Of a DNA stretch of 64,000 nt, positions 9,364-18,631 are shown piece after piece. The notes under the pieces are model-generated. The model was not told the DNA's origin and searched no databases. It saw only the letters and a program-made list of their open reading frames with translations. The stretch comes from an uncultured Acidobacteriota bacterium (GTDB lineage: Bacteria > Acidobacteriota > Terriglobia > Acidiferrales > UBA7541), in NCBI GenBank assembly GCA_963739935.1, contig CAVUBX010000003.1, positions 100,807 through 164,806 on the forward strand, written 5' to 3'. A program made the position numbers and the translations under genes. Within the stretch, counting starts at the first letter, position 1; every line of letters begins with the position of its first letter.

Positions 9364-10158
9364 GTGACCGCCGGCGAAATCCCCAGTTCGGTCGCGGAAG
9401 GCATTGCCTTTGTCGATGTGGGGCACCGCTTTGAGACACGTGAGGGGCAGCAGCTTACTGCTCTCGAAAATGTTCGGCTGGACATTCGGCGCGGTGAATT
9501 CGTCTCCATCGTCGGGCCAAGCGGTTGCGGAAAAACCACGCTGCTCCGCATGGTGGCTGGCCTGCTCGCGCCCACTGAGGGGAAGGTTCTTGTTGGTGGC
9601 GTCGAGATTCGTGAACCACGGCCGGATGTGGGAGTGGTTTTCCAGCAAGCGCTGTTGCTGCCCTGGTTCTCCGTAAAGCGCAATGTGCTGCTTCCGGTGG
9701 ACGTGCAGGGGCGGCAGATCGCGGATTATGAAACACGAGCCAGCGAGCTCATCCGCACGGTCGGTCTCTCCGGTTTCGAGAAACGGCTTCCGAGTGAGCT
9801 TTCCGGAGGTATGCAACAACGAGTCGCGCTCGCGCGGGCCCTGGTGCACAATCCCAAGATTCTGCTGATGGACGAGCCTTTCGCGGCCTTGGACGCCATG
9901 ACCCGCGAAAAGATGAACATCGAGCTTCAGCGCATCTGGTTGGAAGAACGCAAGACCGTTCTCTTCGTGACACACGGTATTTCCGAATCTGTTTTCCTCA
10001 GTGATCGTGTTGTGGTCATGACCGCGCGGCCCGGCCGCGTGGCTGCCGTAGTGGATATCCCTTTTGCTCGCCCGCGATCGGCACAACTCCTCGGCTCCGC
10101 CGATTTTGCCGCCTTAGCTGCGCAAATTCGCAGCATCTTCGATACTTCCGCGTCTTAA
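9364..10158 (+). CDS. ABC transporter ATP-binding protein (NitT/TauT family)
   Basis: Walker A GPSGCGKTT, signature LSGGMQQRVALARAL and Walker B ILLMDEPF are present. The GTG at 9364 lies directly after the binding-protein stop. Confidence 0.9.
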   Translation: MTAGEIPSSVAEGIAFVDVGHRFETREGQQLTALENVRLDIRRGEFVSIVGPSGCGKTTLLRMVAGLLAPTEGKVLVGGVEIREPRPDVGVVFQQALLLPWFSVKRNVLLPVDVQGRQIADYETRASELIRTVGLSGFEKRLPSELSGGMQQRVALARALVHNPKILLMDEPFAALDAMTREKMNIELQRIWLEERKTVLFVTHGISESVFLSDRVVVMTARPGRVAAVVDIPFARPRSAQLLGSADFAALAAQIRSIFDTSAS

Positions 10159-10305
10159 CATCCTCAGGGAAGTAAAAGAGGTGGGGGCTTGCACGCGCAC
10201 TGCAGAAAACTCGTTTCGCTCTAAAAAAAAGGCGTTGCGAAGCAGCGTCACTCAGAGTTACTGGTTGGCAAAAAACAAATAAATGAGATCATCAGAATAA
10301 TTACC

Positions 10306-11208
10306 ATGAACGCCACTCCCGTCTCTCTCCTCGCTGGCGATCTGCAGGCAACTTTTTGGCCAGGGTCAGGCATGTTGGGTGTGTCGCTTTGTCATCGCGG
10401 TGTTGAATTGCTTCGCCGCATTGATGATCTGGAAGTTGCCAAGGCAAAGGGAAGCACCGCCGGCATTCCGCTCCTCTATCCTTGGGCAAACCGTCTCGAT
10501 TCTCTCCATTATCTTGCCGCTGGGTGCGACGTCGTGCTCGATCCTTCCTCGCCGCTCCTGCACTTTGATGATCACCGCCTGCCGATTCATGGCGTTCCCT
10601 GGGGCCGGCTCGCCTGGGAAATTGTTGAGGTCAATCGGACCTCGATCTTGGCTCGGCTTGATTGGGAGTCACCCAGCCTTCTGGCTGTTTTCCCATATCC
10701 TCACAGGCTGCAAATGGACGCGGCATTGCATCCCGATGCCTTGGTGCTGCGAACAACCGTGCTTGCGAGCCCCCAATCTCGCGTGCCCGTAAGTTTTGGA
10801 TTTCATCCTTACTTCGGGATTCCGCGCCTTCCTCGCCAGCAATGGCGAGTGGAATTGCCTGCCATGCGCAAGCTCCTGCTCGATGAGCGCGGGATTCCCA
10901 CGGGCAGCCAGGAACCGTTCGGTCCACTGGACTCCCTGCTCGGGAATATCAATTTTGACGACGGGTTCGCAGTGATGGACGCGCGACCTGCGTTCTCTGT
11001 CTCTGGCGCCGGCCACAGAATTACTGTTACGTTTCTCGATGGCTTCCCCTACGCACAGGTTTTTGCTCCCAAGGATAAAGACTTCATTGCTTTCGAGCCA
11101 ATGACGGCCCCGACCAGCGCGCTCACCTCTGGCCGGGGACTACGCCTTGTCGAGCCGGGCGCCGAATTCCAGGCTTCGTTCCGGATCAGTGTCCGATCGG
11201 CGGGTTGA
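10306..11208 (+). CDS. aldose 1-epimerase (galactose mutarotase-like) family protein
   Basis: GIPLLYPWANRL, HGVPW and FGFHPYF motifs are typical of the aldose epimerase superfamily. Confidence 0.7.
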   Translation: MNATPVSLLAGDLQATFWPGSGMLGVSLCHRGVELLRRIDDLEVAKAKGSTAGIPLLYPWANRLDSLHYLAAGCDVVLDPSSPLLHFDDHRLPIHGVPWGRLAWEIVEVNRTSILARLDWESPSLLAVFPYPHRLQMDAALHPDALVLRTTVLASPQSRVPVSFGFHPYFGIPRLPRQQWRVELPAMRKLLLDERGIPTGSQEPFGPLDSLLGNINFDDGFAVMDARPAFSVSGAGHRITVTFLDGFPYAQVFAPKDKDFIAFEPMTAPTSALTSGRGLRLVEPGAEFQASFRISVRSAG

Positions 11209-11293
11209 CTAAGCGAGTCGAGACTGCATTTCGTTGACTTGATTTGAGTCCAAACCTAAGATTCCGGAATCCAACCACCGGAGGAACTGAGCC

Positions 11294-12262
11294 ATGCCTT
11301 TGACTACGGACGAAAAATTGTTGACCCTTAGCCGCGACATTATCGAAGGATTTGACAAAGCGGATGGTGGTGTTCATCCGGGCTTCAGACCCGCTCACGC
11401 CAAAGGTATCTTGCTGGCCGGCGTGTTTGCACCTTCGGCGGAAGCCGTCTCACTCACGCACGCGCCACATGCCCAGCGGGATTCCACGCCCGTGACGGTC
11501 CGCCTATCGGACTTCGCGGGAATTCCCACTGTTCCCGATAACGACCCTCAGAATGCCAGCCCTCGCGGTTGCGCGATCCGCTTCCACCTTGCCGATCATG
11601 TTCATACAGACATCGTCGCTCATTCGGTCGACGCCTTTCCGGCGCGCACCACGGAAGAATTCCTGGACTTCATCAAGGCGCTGATTGCTACTGATTTCGC
11701 GGGGCCGCACCCGAATGCCATTGAGCAGTTCCTTGGCGCGCATCCCGCAGCTTTGAGATTTGTGCAAGCTCCCAAGCCGATTCCGACCAGCTTTGCAAAG
11801 GAGTCTTTTTTCGCGGTGTCTGCATTCAGGTTTTCCAGCGCGGACGGCGTGAGCCGCTTCGGGCGATATCGGATCTTACCGGTAGCAGGCAATGAATATC
11901 TGAACGAGACCGAAGCGGCAGCCCAAAGTCCTAACTTCCTCTTCGACGAGATCGAAAAGCGGGTCGCCAAGGAGCCGGTCAGGTTTCAGATCGTCGTACA
12001 GCTAGCTGAAGGCGGCGACACCACGGACGATGCCACTGTTCGCTGGCCTGAGGATCGTCCTCGGCTTGTGTTCGGAGAAATCAGTTTGAAAGAGATTATT
12101 CCCAACAATGCCAGCGAGCAGCAGCAGATCATCTTTGATCCCATGCCTCGCGTCGCCGGCATCGAGGCTTCCGCCGATCCTCTCTTTGAGCCGCGGGCGA
12201 ACGTCTATCTGATGGCCGGAAGACGGCGTAGAACAGCTGTAAAGGCAGCCGCTGCGCAATAG
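11294..12262 (+). CDS. small catalase-related haem protein (catalase-core only)
   Basis: Has a distal-His motif RPAHAKG, the VRLSDFAGIP / ASPRGCAIRF catalase core, and a proximal Tyr context RANVYLMAGRRR. At about 320 aa it is much shorter than a canonical catalase. Confidence 0.75.
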   Translation: MPLTTDEKLLTLSRDIIEGFDKADGGVHPGFRPAHAKGILLAGVFAPSAEAVSLTHAPHAQRDSTPVTVRLSDFAGIPTVPDNDPQNASPRGCAIRFHLADHVHTDIVAHSVDAFPARTTEEFLDFIKALIATDFAGPHPNAIEQFLGAHPAALRFVQAPKPIPTSFAKESFFAVSAFRFSSADGVSRFGRYRILPVAGNEYLNETEAAAQSPNFLFDEIEKRVAKEPVRFQIVVQLAEGGDTTDDATVRWPEDRPRLVFGEISLKEIIPNNASEQQQIIFDPMPRVAGIEASADPLFEPRANVYLMAGRRRRTAVKAAAAQ

Positions 12263-12359
12263 CAATCAGGATTGGAATTCGGCTTTCAACGTCCCCCCAA
12301 AGGCGTCTCCCGTAATTGCCAAAACGGCCGAGGCCGCACTGGTCTCCCGAGAGCCGCAA

Positions 12360-12749
12360 TTATTTGAACTGCTCGTCGATTTCCACCTGATATCCGGCGG
12401 CAAGCCGGTTGGTTTCGTTGGCCATGCCCACCACGGCCATCAGTTCATGAAACATCGCATCCGTCATTCCTTTTTTGCGGGCTGCGGCGGTATGCGACGC
12501 GATGCAGTAGCCGCACTGATTGCTCGCTGAAACGGCCAGATAGATCATCTCTTTCGCCAGCGGATCGAGCGCGCCCGGCGCCATAATCTGCTGGATCGAT
12601 TCCCAGGTCCGCTTCAGGCTTGCCGGATCGGCTGCCAGCGCCTTCCAGAAATTGTTGATCCAGTCCTTTTGGCGCGTGGCCATGATGTCGTCATATACTG
12701 CGCGAACTTCCGGGCTGGCGTCTGCACATTCGATCAACCGTGCACTCAT
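12360..12749 (-). CDS. carboxymuconolactone decarboxylase / AhpD-like family protein
   Basis: Has the CGYCIASH CxxC motif within an AhpD-like helical core. The start was moved to MSARLIE inside ORF 12360..12884. Confidence 0.8.
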   Translation of the reverse strand: MSARLIECADASPEVRAVYDDIMATRQKDWINNFWKALAADPASLKRTWESIQQIMAPGALDPLAKEMIYLAVSASNQCGYCIASHTAAARKKGMTDAMFHELMAVVGMANETNRLAAGYQVEIDEQFK

Positions 12750-12981
12750 AATTTCGCCTCCAAATTCTGCGAGATTGCGCAAACTGCTTGCTTTCGCGAG
12801 CAACTGCCCCGAAATCGAACAATTGCATTGCTTGCTCCGACATCCAGATACTACAATCGCCTCGTATTCTCTGCCCATGGTCACGGTTCCGGACGCGGTG
12901 ATTTTTTAGGCGTGTTTGGTGGACGGAATCCAAACTTTTATGCGGCGACATTCTGGTTCCTACGGGGTCTGAGGCCGGCAA

Positions 12982-15657
12982 ATGAGTCCGAAAGCTCCAA
13001 CCCGCAGCAAGCGTCGCCCTCCCGCTAGACATCCTCAAAAGGATAAACCACCGCAAAAGGAAAAGCCTGCCGTCCCCGCTCCGTCTCAGGATGATTTCCT
13101 CATTGCTGCCATCGGCGCTTCCGCCGGCGGTATGGAAGCCTTCCAGGAATTGATGCGCAATTTGCCCGCCGATACCGGCATGGCTTTCGTTGTGATCCAG
13201 CATCTCGATCCCAACCACGAGAGCGCCCTGGCCGATCTGCTCTCCAAGTCCACCTCCATGAAGGTCAGCGAAGTTACCGACGGCATGCGCGTGGTTCCCA
13301 ACCAGGTGTTCGTCATCCCGCCGAATACTTTCATGACCATCTCCGACCACACTTTGCATCTCGCACCGCGCGGCGACGCTCGTGGTGTGCACATGTCCGT
13401 CGATCAATTCATGCGTTCCCTGGCCGAGCACCAGGGCAATCGCAGCATCGGCGTGATTCTCTCCGGCTCCGGAACCGACGGCACGCACGGATTGGCCGAA
13501 ATTCAGGCTCAGGGCGGCGTCACCTTCGCACAGGAGGAATCCAGCGCCAAGTATGACGGCATGCCCCGCAGCGCCATTGCCGCCGGGTTTGTCGATTACG
13601 TTCTGCCGCCGAAGGCGATTGCTAAGGAATTGACGCGTATCGCGCGCCATCCCTACGTTTCGCGCGATGCCGCTGCCCTGTCGCCCATTTCTCCTGTCGA
13701 GGAAAATAACGGTCTGAACTCCATCTTTCAGTTGCTCCGCCGCAGCGCCGGTGTCGATTTCACGCATTACCGCAAAACCACTATCCTCCGCCGCATCCAG
13801 CGCCGCATGATGGTCCACAAAATCGAGCGCATCAACGACTACATCCGCTACCTGCAAACCAATCCAGCCGAGATTAACGCTCTTTATCAGGACATGCTCA
13901 TCAACGTCACCAGTTTTTTCCGCAATCCCAAGACGTTCGATGCGCTCAAGACCACTGTCTTCCCTTCGCTGATGAAAAATCGCGACCAGGACGCCAGCAT
14001 CCGCGTCTGGACTCCCGGTTGCGCCTCCGGAGAGGAAACCTATTCGATGGCGATCGCCTTGCTCGAACATCTCGGTGAAAAGGCCAGCCAAACCAACATC
14101 CAGCTCTTTGGCACCGATATCAGTGAAGTCAACGTGGTCAAGGCCCGCGCCGGCGCCTATCCCGAGAATATCCAGGGCGACGTCACTCCGGAGCGCCTGC
14201 GCCGCTTTTTCTCCAAAACAGAGAGTGGCTATCGCATTAGCAAGAGCATCCGCGACATCTGTATTTTCGCCCGCCATAACCTGATCAACGATCCGCCCTT
14301 CTCCCAAATGGACTTGATCTGCTGCCGCAATCTGCTCATTTATCTGGAGCCGGTTCTCCAGAGCAAGGTCATTTCTTTGTTCCATTACGCCCTTCGCGGC
14401 CATGGCTTTTTGGTGCTGGGCACTTCAGAGGGCATCGGCAGCGCTGGGAATCTTTTCGCCATCGAAGACCGCGGTTTGAAAATCTTCTCTAAGAGGCCCG
14501 CCGCCGGGCGCCAGTTGGTTACCTTCTCTCTCGGCCGCGTTCCCGATCGCGGCGAAGCCTTTACTCCCCGGCTCCCGGCCAAGCCCGTCGACAGCGGCTC
14601 CGACCAGGTCGAAGCGCAGCGCGAATTCGACCGCCGCCTGTTGACCTCATTTTCTCCGGCCTCCGCTTTCGTCAATGACGACTTTGAAGTTGTCCACACG
14701 CGCGGCAACATCACTCGCTACCTGAAGCTCGCTCCTGGCCGCGCCACTTTGAATATTCTGAAAATGGCTCGCGAAGGCCTGCTTTTTGATCTTCGTAACG
14801 CCATGAATCGTTCCAAAAAAGATAAAGTCAGCGTCCGCAAGCAGAAGGTGCAGGTCCGCACTGGTAACGGCAACGGCCATGGCGAAGCCCACGCCGATTC
14901 CCACGCCAAGCCAGCCACCCGGCTGGTCGACTTCGAAGTGGTTCCCGTCACTTTGGGCAACTTCAAAGATCTGTATTTCATGATCGTCTTTCAGGATTCT
15001 CCCGAGCCGGTCGTTCACGCCCCGCGTTCCGCCCGCGTGCAACGGGAATCCGACCTGAACCTCCGCCAGCTAGAAAAGCTTCAGCAGGAGCTGGAATCCA
15101 CCAAGGAATATCTCCAGTCCGTTATCGAGACACAGGAAGCCACCAACGAGGAGTTGCAGTCTGCCAACGAGGAAATTCTCTCGAGCAACGAGGAACTTCA
15201 GAGTACCAATGAGGAACTGGAGACCGCCAAGGAAGAACTGCAGTCCACCAACGAAGAGCTGATCACCGTCAACGACGAGCTGCGCGCTCGCAACGTCGAA
15301 ATCACTCAAATCAACAATGACCTCACCAATCTTCTCTCCAGTATCGAAATTGCCGTGGTTATGGTCGGCGGTGACCTCAGCATCCGCCGCTTTACCCCCA
15401 AGGCGCAGGAATTGTTCGGCTTGATTCTCGGCGACGTCGGCCGCCCGCTTTGGAACATCAACCCCTCTCTGGACATCCCGAATTTCCAGCAGGCCATCCT
15501 GGACGTAATCTCCAGTGCAGCACCTGTCGAGCGTCACTTGACGGGAAGGGAAGGCCAGCACTACCAACTTCGCATTCTGCCCTACCGCACAGCGGAGGGC
15601 GCCGTCGATGGAGCCGTAATAACCCTGATGCCGCCTCCGGAAGAAACTAAAAAGTAA
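12982..15657 (+). CDS. CheB methylesterase - CheR methyltransferase - coiled coil - PAS fusion protein
   Basis: The N-terminus has the CheB motif (IGASAGGMEAF...VVIQHL...GSGTDGT). The central region has the CheR SAM-binding region (RVWTPGCASGEETYS). These are followed by a heptad coiled coil and a C-terminal PAS-like fold. Confidence 0.9.
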   Translation: MSPKAPTRSKRRPPARHPQKDKPPQKEKPAVPAPSQDDFLIAAIGASAGGMEAFQELMRNLPADTGMAFVVIQHLDPNHESALADLLSKSTSMKVSEVTDGMRVVPNQVFVIPPNTFMTISDHTLHLAPRGDARGVHMSVDQFMRSLAEHQGNRSIGVILSGSGTDGTHGLAEIQAQGGVTFAQEESSAKYDGMPRSAIAAGFVDYVLPPKAIAKELTRIARHPYVSRDAAALSPISPVEENNGLNSIFQLLRRSAGVDFTHYRKTTILRRIQRRMMVHKIERINDYIRYLQTNPAEINALYQDMLINVTSFFRNPKTFDALKTTVFPSLMKNRDQDASIRVWTPGCASGEETYSMAIALLEHLGEKASQTNIQLFGTDISEVNVVKARAGAYPENIQGDVTPERLRRFFSKTESGYRISKSIRDICIFARHNLINDPPFSQMDLICCRNLLIYLEPVLQSKVISLFHYALRGHGFLVLGTSEGIGSAGNLFAIEDRGLKIFSKRPAAGRQLVTFSLGRVPDRGEAFTPRLPAKPVDSGSDQVEAQREFDRRLLTSFSPASAFVNDDFEVVHTRGNITRYLKLAPGRATLNILKMAREGLLFDLRNAMNRSKKDKVSVRKQKVQVRTGNGNGHGEAHADSHAKPATRLVDFEVVPVTLGNFKDLYFMIVFQDSPEPVVHAPRSARVQRESDLNLRQLEKLQQELESTKEYLQSVIETQEATNEELQSANEEILSSNEELQSTNEELETAKEELQSTNEELITVNDELRARNVEITQINNDLTNLLSSIEIAVVMVGGDLSIRRFTPKAQELFGLILGDVGRPLWNINPSLDIPNFQQAILDVISSAAPVERHLTGREGQHYQLRILPYRTAEGAVDGAVITLMPPPEETKK
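15145..15291 (+). repeat. in-frame 21-nt x7 tandem repeat encoding the heptad NEELQS(A/T) coiled coil
   Basis: Encodes NEELQSA NEEILSS NEELQST NEELETA KEELQST NEELITV NDELRAR. The 21-nt periodicity can be read directly from the DNA. Confidence 0.8.
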
Positions 15658-15758
15658 ACAGCAGAAATCTTGATTAGAACCTGCTTAACATACAGCAAAT
15701 ACCCCATTTACGCGACGACCCCGAACCGCTACATTGAGCTGCTTCTCGCGGTTCACCT

Positions 15759-17405
15759 ATGCCTCGTTTGAAAAAATCGGAAGCGAAGCACGTCCGTCCG
15801 CGCCCTTCGCAGCAGTCCAATCCGGCTTCCTCTTCTTCGCCTCTGAACGGACGCGAGAAAAGCGAGCTGTTGCAGGGCCTTTTCAACAACCTTGAGGTCG
15901 GGATCGCCCATGTAATGCCTTCCGGTGAGATCCTTTATGCAAACGCTCGTTTTACTTCTGTACTAGGCATCCCCGCAAAAGCGAATGTGGCCGGCCGCAA
16001 TCTTAGCGATTTCATCGCGCCTCATAGCTGGGAAACGCTCCAAAGCGCCTTGCGCGAAGCCGTTCAAGGCCCGGTGGTCGGCGAGCTCCAATTATGTTCC
16101 CTGTCTGACAGACCTCACACCGTCCGCCTCTCGCTCAGCCTCCAGCAGGTGAATAAGCATAGTGTCATCCGCATCGTGGCCGACGAAGTCACCGAACTCG
16201 TCGAAGCGAACGTGCGGTTGCGGGAGACGGAAACCACCCTCCGCGCTCTTTCCGCCCGTATCCTGCAGATTCAGGATCAGGAACGCCGTAAGATGGCCCG
16301 CGACCTTCACGACACTACCGGGCAGGAACTCGCGGTGCTGGTCATGTCCCTTCGCCACCTGTCGGAAAGTCTCGATCGTCCCGGCCTCGACGTGCGCAAA
16401 GCTTTGGCGGATGCCGCCGAGCTCGCCAACAAGGTGAACGACGAAATTCGCACCTTTTCCTATGTTCTGCACCCGCCGCTTCTCGACCAGCTCGGTCTGG
16501 CTTCCGCCTTAAAGTGGTATGTTGAAGGTTTCTCCGCGCGCAGCAACATCGAAGTGAAGCTGGTGATTCCGGAAAGTCTCAATCGCTTCTCGCCCGAAAA
16601 AGAGACCGCTCTTTTCCGTGTGGTGCAGGAAGGGCTCACCAACGTCTTGCGCCATTCCGGCAGCAAGAGAGCAAAGATCGTTGTTTGCACCTCCGCTGAC
16701 GAAGTCGAGGTCACCGTCATCGACGAAGGCAAGGGCCTTTCCTCCACGCAGGTCGAGCAATTCGCTTCAGGCGCTTCACCGAAGGGCGTGGGTGTCGGCA
16801 TCGCCGGTTTGCGTGAACGCATGCACCAGCTCGGCGGCACTGTGCACATATGCTCCCAGCGCGTCGGCACGGTTCTGAAAGCCATCCTTCCTCTGGACGA
16901 ATCCGAAGCGGATTTGCCCGTTTTGGCTGTGGATTCGGAAACTCCGGTCGAAGAACAAGCGCACGCGCCGCAATCCGTTGCTCACGTTCATGCCAACGGC
17001 CGCAAACGCATTCTCATCGTCGACGATCACGAAGTCATGCGTCGCGGCATCCGCGCGCTTCTCGAGAATTACACCGATCTGGAAATTTGTGGCGAAGCAG
17101 GGAACGGCTCAGAGGCTATTCAAAAGGCCTCCCAGCTCGATCCCGACCTCATCATTCTCGATCTGAACATGCCGGGTTCTGGTGGGCTTTCTGCCGCGAA
17201 TCAATTACTACGGGATGGTTCACGCGCCCGCATCCTGGTGTTCACCACTCATTCTTTCCCGGGCATGGAGCGCGTGCTGCGCTCCGCTGGATGCAAAGGT
17301 TTTGTTTCCAAGGTCCATGCCGAGCGCGATCTGCTCCGCGGCGTGCGCGCCGTGCTCGCAGGCGACGAATTTTACGCCGCCGCCACCCGCGCCCACTCCG
17401 CCTGA
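15759..17405 (+). CDS. hybrid sensor histidine kinase (PAS - HisKA_3 - HATPase_c - REC)
   Basis: Has an H-box LHDTTGQEL (NarX/DegS-type HisKA_3), an N/G-box region (QEGLTNVLRH, DEGKG, GVGIAGLRER), and a C-terminal receiver ILIVDDHEVMRRG...DLIILDLNMPG. Confidence 0.9.
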   Translation: MPRLKKSEAKHVRPRPSQQSNPASSSSPLNGREKSELLQGLFNNLEVGIAHVMPSGEILYANARFTSVLGIPAKANVAGRNLSDFIAPHSWETLQSALREAVQGPVVGELQLCSLSDRPHTVRLSLSLQQVNKHSVIRIVADEVTELVEANVRLRETETTLRALSARILQIQDQERRKMARDLHDTTGQELAVLVMSLRHLSESLDRPGLDVRKALADAAELANKVNDEIRTFSYVLHPPLLDQLGLASALKWYVEGFSARSNIEVKLVIPESLNRFSPEKETALFRVVQEGLTNVLRHSGSKRAKIVVCTSADEVEVTVIDEGKGLSSTQVEQFASGASPKGVGVGIAGLRERMHQLGGTVHICSQRVGTVLKAILPLDESEADLPVLAVDSETPVEEQAHAPQSVAHVHANGRKRILIVDDHEVMRRGIRALLENYTDLEICGEAGNGSEAIQKASQLDPDLIILDLNMPGSGGLSAANQLLRDGSRARILVFTTHSFPGMERVLRSAGCKGFVSKVHAERDLLRGVRAVLAGDEFYAAATRAHSA

Positions 17406-17430
17406 AATCGCTACGCCCACCTTGTACGCC

Positions 17431-17604
17431 TGTCATCCGAAGCACAACCGGCGTCACACTCTTTTTTAATCTGTCATCCCGAGCGAAGCCGCTTTCGCGA
17501 CCCTGTAAGGGTCGCGCTGGCGCAGTCGAGGGATCTGCATTTTCTTTGTTCTTGTTTTCTTCGTCATTCCGAGCGCGTTTCTTGCGCGAAGAATCCCTCT
17601 TCGC
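17431..17604 (+). repeat. intergenic hairpin repeat family, locus 1 (degenerate copy 17431-17468, full copy 17472-17544, short copy 17563-17604)
   Basis: Copies start with (T)GTCATCCCGAGCG and end with CGAGGGATCTGCATTTT or GAAGAATCCCTCTTCGC. An internal stem GCGACCC-TGTAA-GGGTCGC is present. Confidence 0.85.
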
Positions 17605-17634
17605 CTTTTCCCCTGAATACCTGAAAATCCATCC

Positions 17635-18204
17635 ATGGAAATCTCCGCCTGGAATCACCGTTACCGCACCGGCGACCGCGCCGCCGAGGACCTCGAACCT
17701 TCTCCGAATCCGCTGCTCGGCGAAACCGCGGCCAATCTTCCTCCCGGCAAAGCCTTGGACCTCGCTTGCGGTACCGGACGCAACGCTGTCTGGCTCGCCG
17801 AGCGCGGCTGGCAGGTCACCGCTGTCGATGGCGCCTCCGCCGCCATCGACTTGCTTCACCAGCGCGCCGCCGCCCGCGCGGTTTCGGTCGAAACGCACGT
17901 CGCCGATCTCGAAAAGAATGAATTTTGCATCGAGCCAGCCGCGTGGAATTTCATCGCCATGTGCTTCTACTTACAGGTTTCGCTCTTCGAGTCTTCCAAG
18001 TGGGGACTAAAGCCAGGGGGAATCGTGCTCGTCATCGTGCACATTACCGCGCCCGGCGAAGAACCGACCGAGCACCGCTTGCGCCCCGGCGAACTCAAAA
18101 ATTATTTCCGCGATTTCGAAATTCTCCATTACCGCGAAGGTGCGCCCAACGATCCCGCGCACAAACGCCTCTGCTCCGAACTCGTCGCGCGCCGCCCCAC
18201 CTAG
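17635..18204 (+). CDS. class I SAM-dependent methyltransferase (TehB-like)
   Basis: Has SAM motif I LDLACGTGRNAVWLAERGW and is about 190 aa. Confidence 0.8.
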   Translation: MEISAWNHRYRTGDRAAEDLEPSPNPLLGETAANLPPGKALDLACGTGRNAVWLAERGWQVTAVDGASAAIDLLHQRAAARAVSVETHVADLEKNEFCIEPAAWNFIAMCFYLQVSLFESSKWGLKPGGIVLVIVHITAPGEEPTEHRLRPGELKNYFRDFEILHYREGAPNDPAHKRLCSELVARRPT

Positions 18205-18356
18205 CATCTCTTCGGAGCAAACCGTTATGTTTTGCTAGCCTTCGGCTGACCTGGTCACGTCTCATCCCCAGCGGAGTCGCTTGTTTCCGGCCTTGCCCAA
18301 GTTAAGATGGTGTCTCGAGCGCGGTAATTGTCCTCTCCGGCAAAAATAAAGCCACC

Positions 18357-18558
18357 TGTCATCCCGAGCGAGCGTAGCGAACGACCGCAGGTCGCTCGCG
18401 CAGCGACGAGGGATCTCTCTTAGCCTTCGCGTCTTTCCCGGTTTTTTAGCGAGGAAACTTTCTACTTATCCGCGAATTAATTCACCTGTCATCCCGAGCG
18501 GAGCCGCCTTCGCGACCCGTTAAGGGTCGCGTTGGCGCAGTCGAGGGATCTGCATTTG
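18357..18558 (+). repeat. intergenic hairpin repeat family, locus 2 (copies 18357-18422 and 18487-18558)
   Basis: The termini match those of locus 1. Copy 18487 is nearly identical to copy 17472, with loop GTTAA instead of TGTAA. Confidence 0.85.
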
Positions 18559-18631
18559 TTTTTCTTCTCACCACATTACTCCCGGCATCCCTGGCAACCA
18601 TTCGCCTTTTCTAGCCACTCGCCACTCGCCA

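Noticed and set aside
12691-14403. A 570-aa ORF on the minus strand opposite the CheB-CheR gene.
   Set aside because: It is antisense to a gene with clear CheB/CheR motifs. Its translation is low-complexity (Gly/Ala/Asp-rich) with no motifs, which is a typical GC-rich shadow ORF. The same reasoning applies to 22541..23947, 20343..21347, 16850..18010 and 30737..31813.
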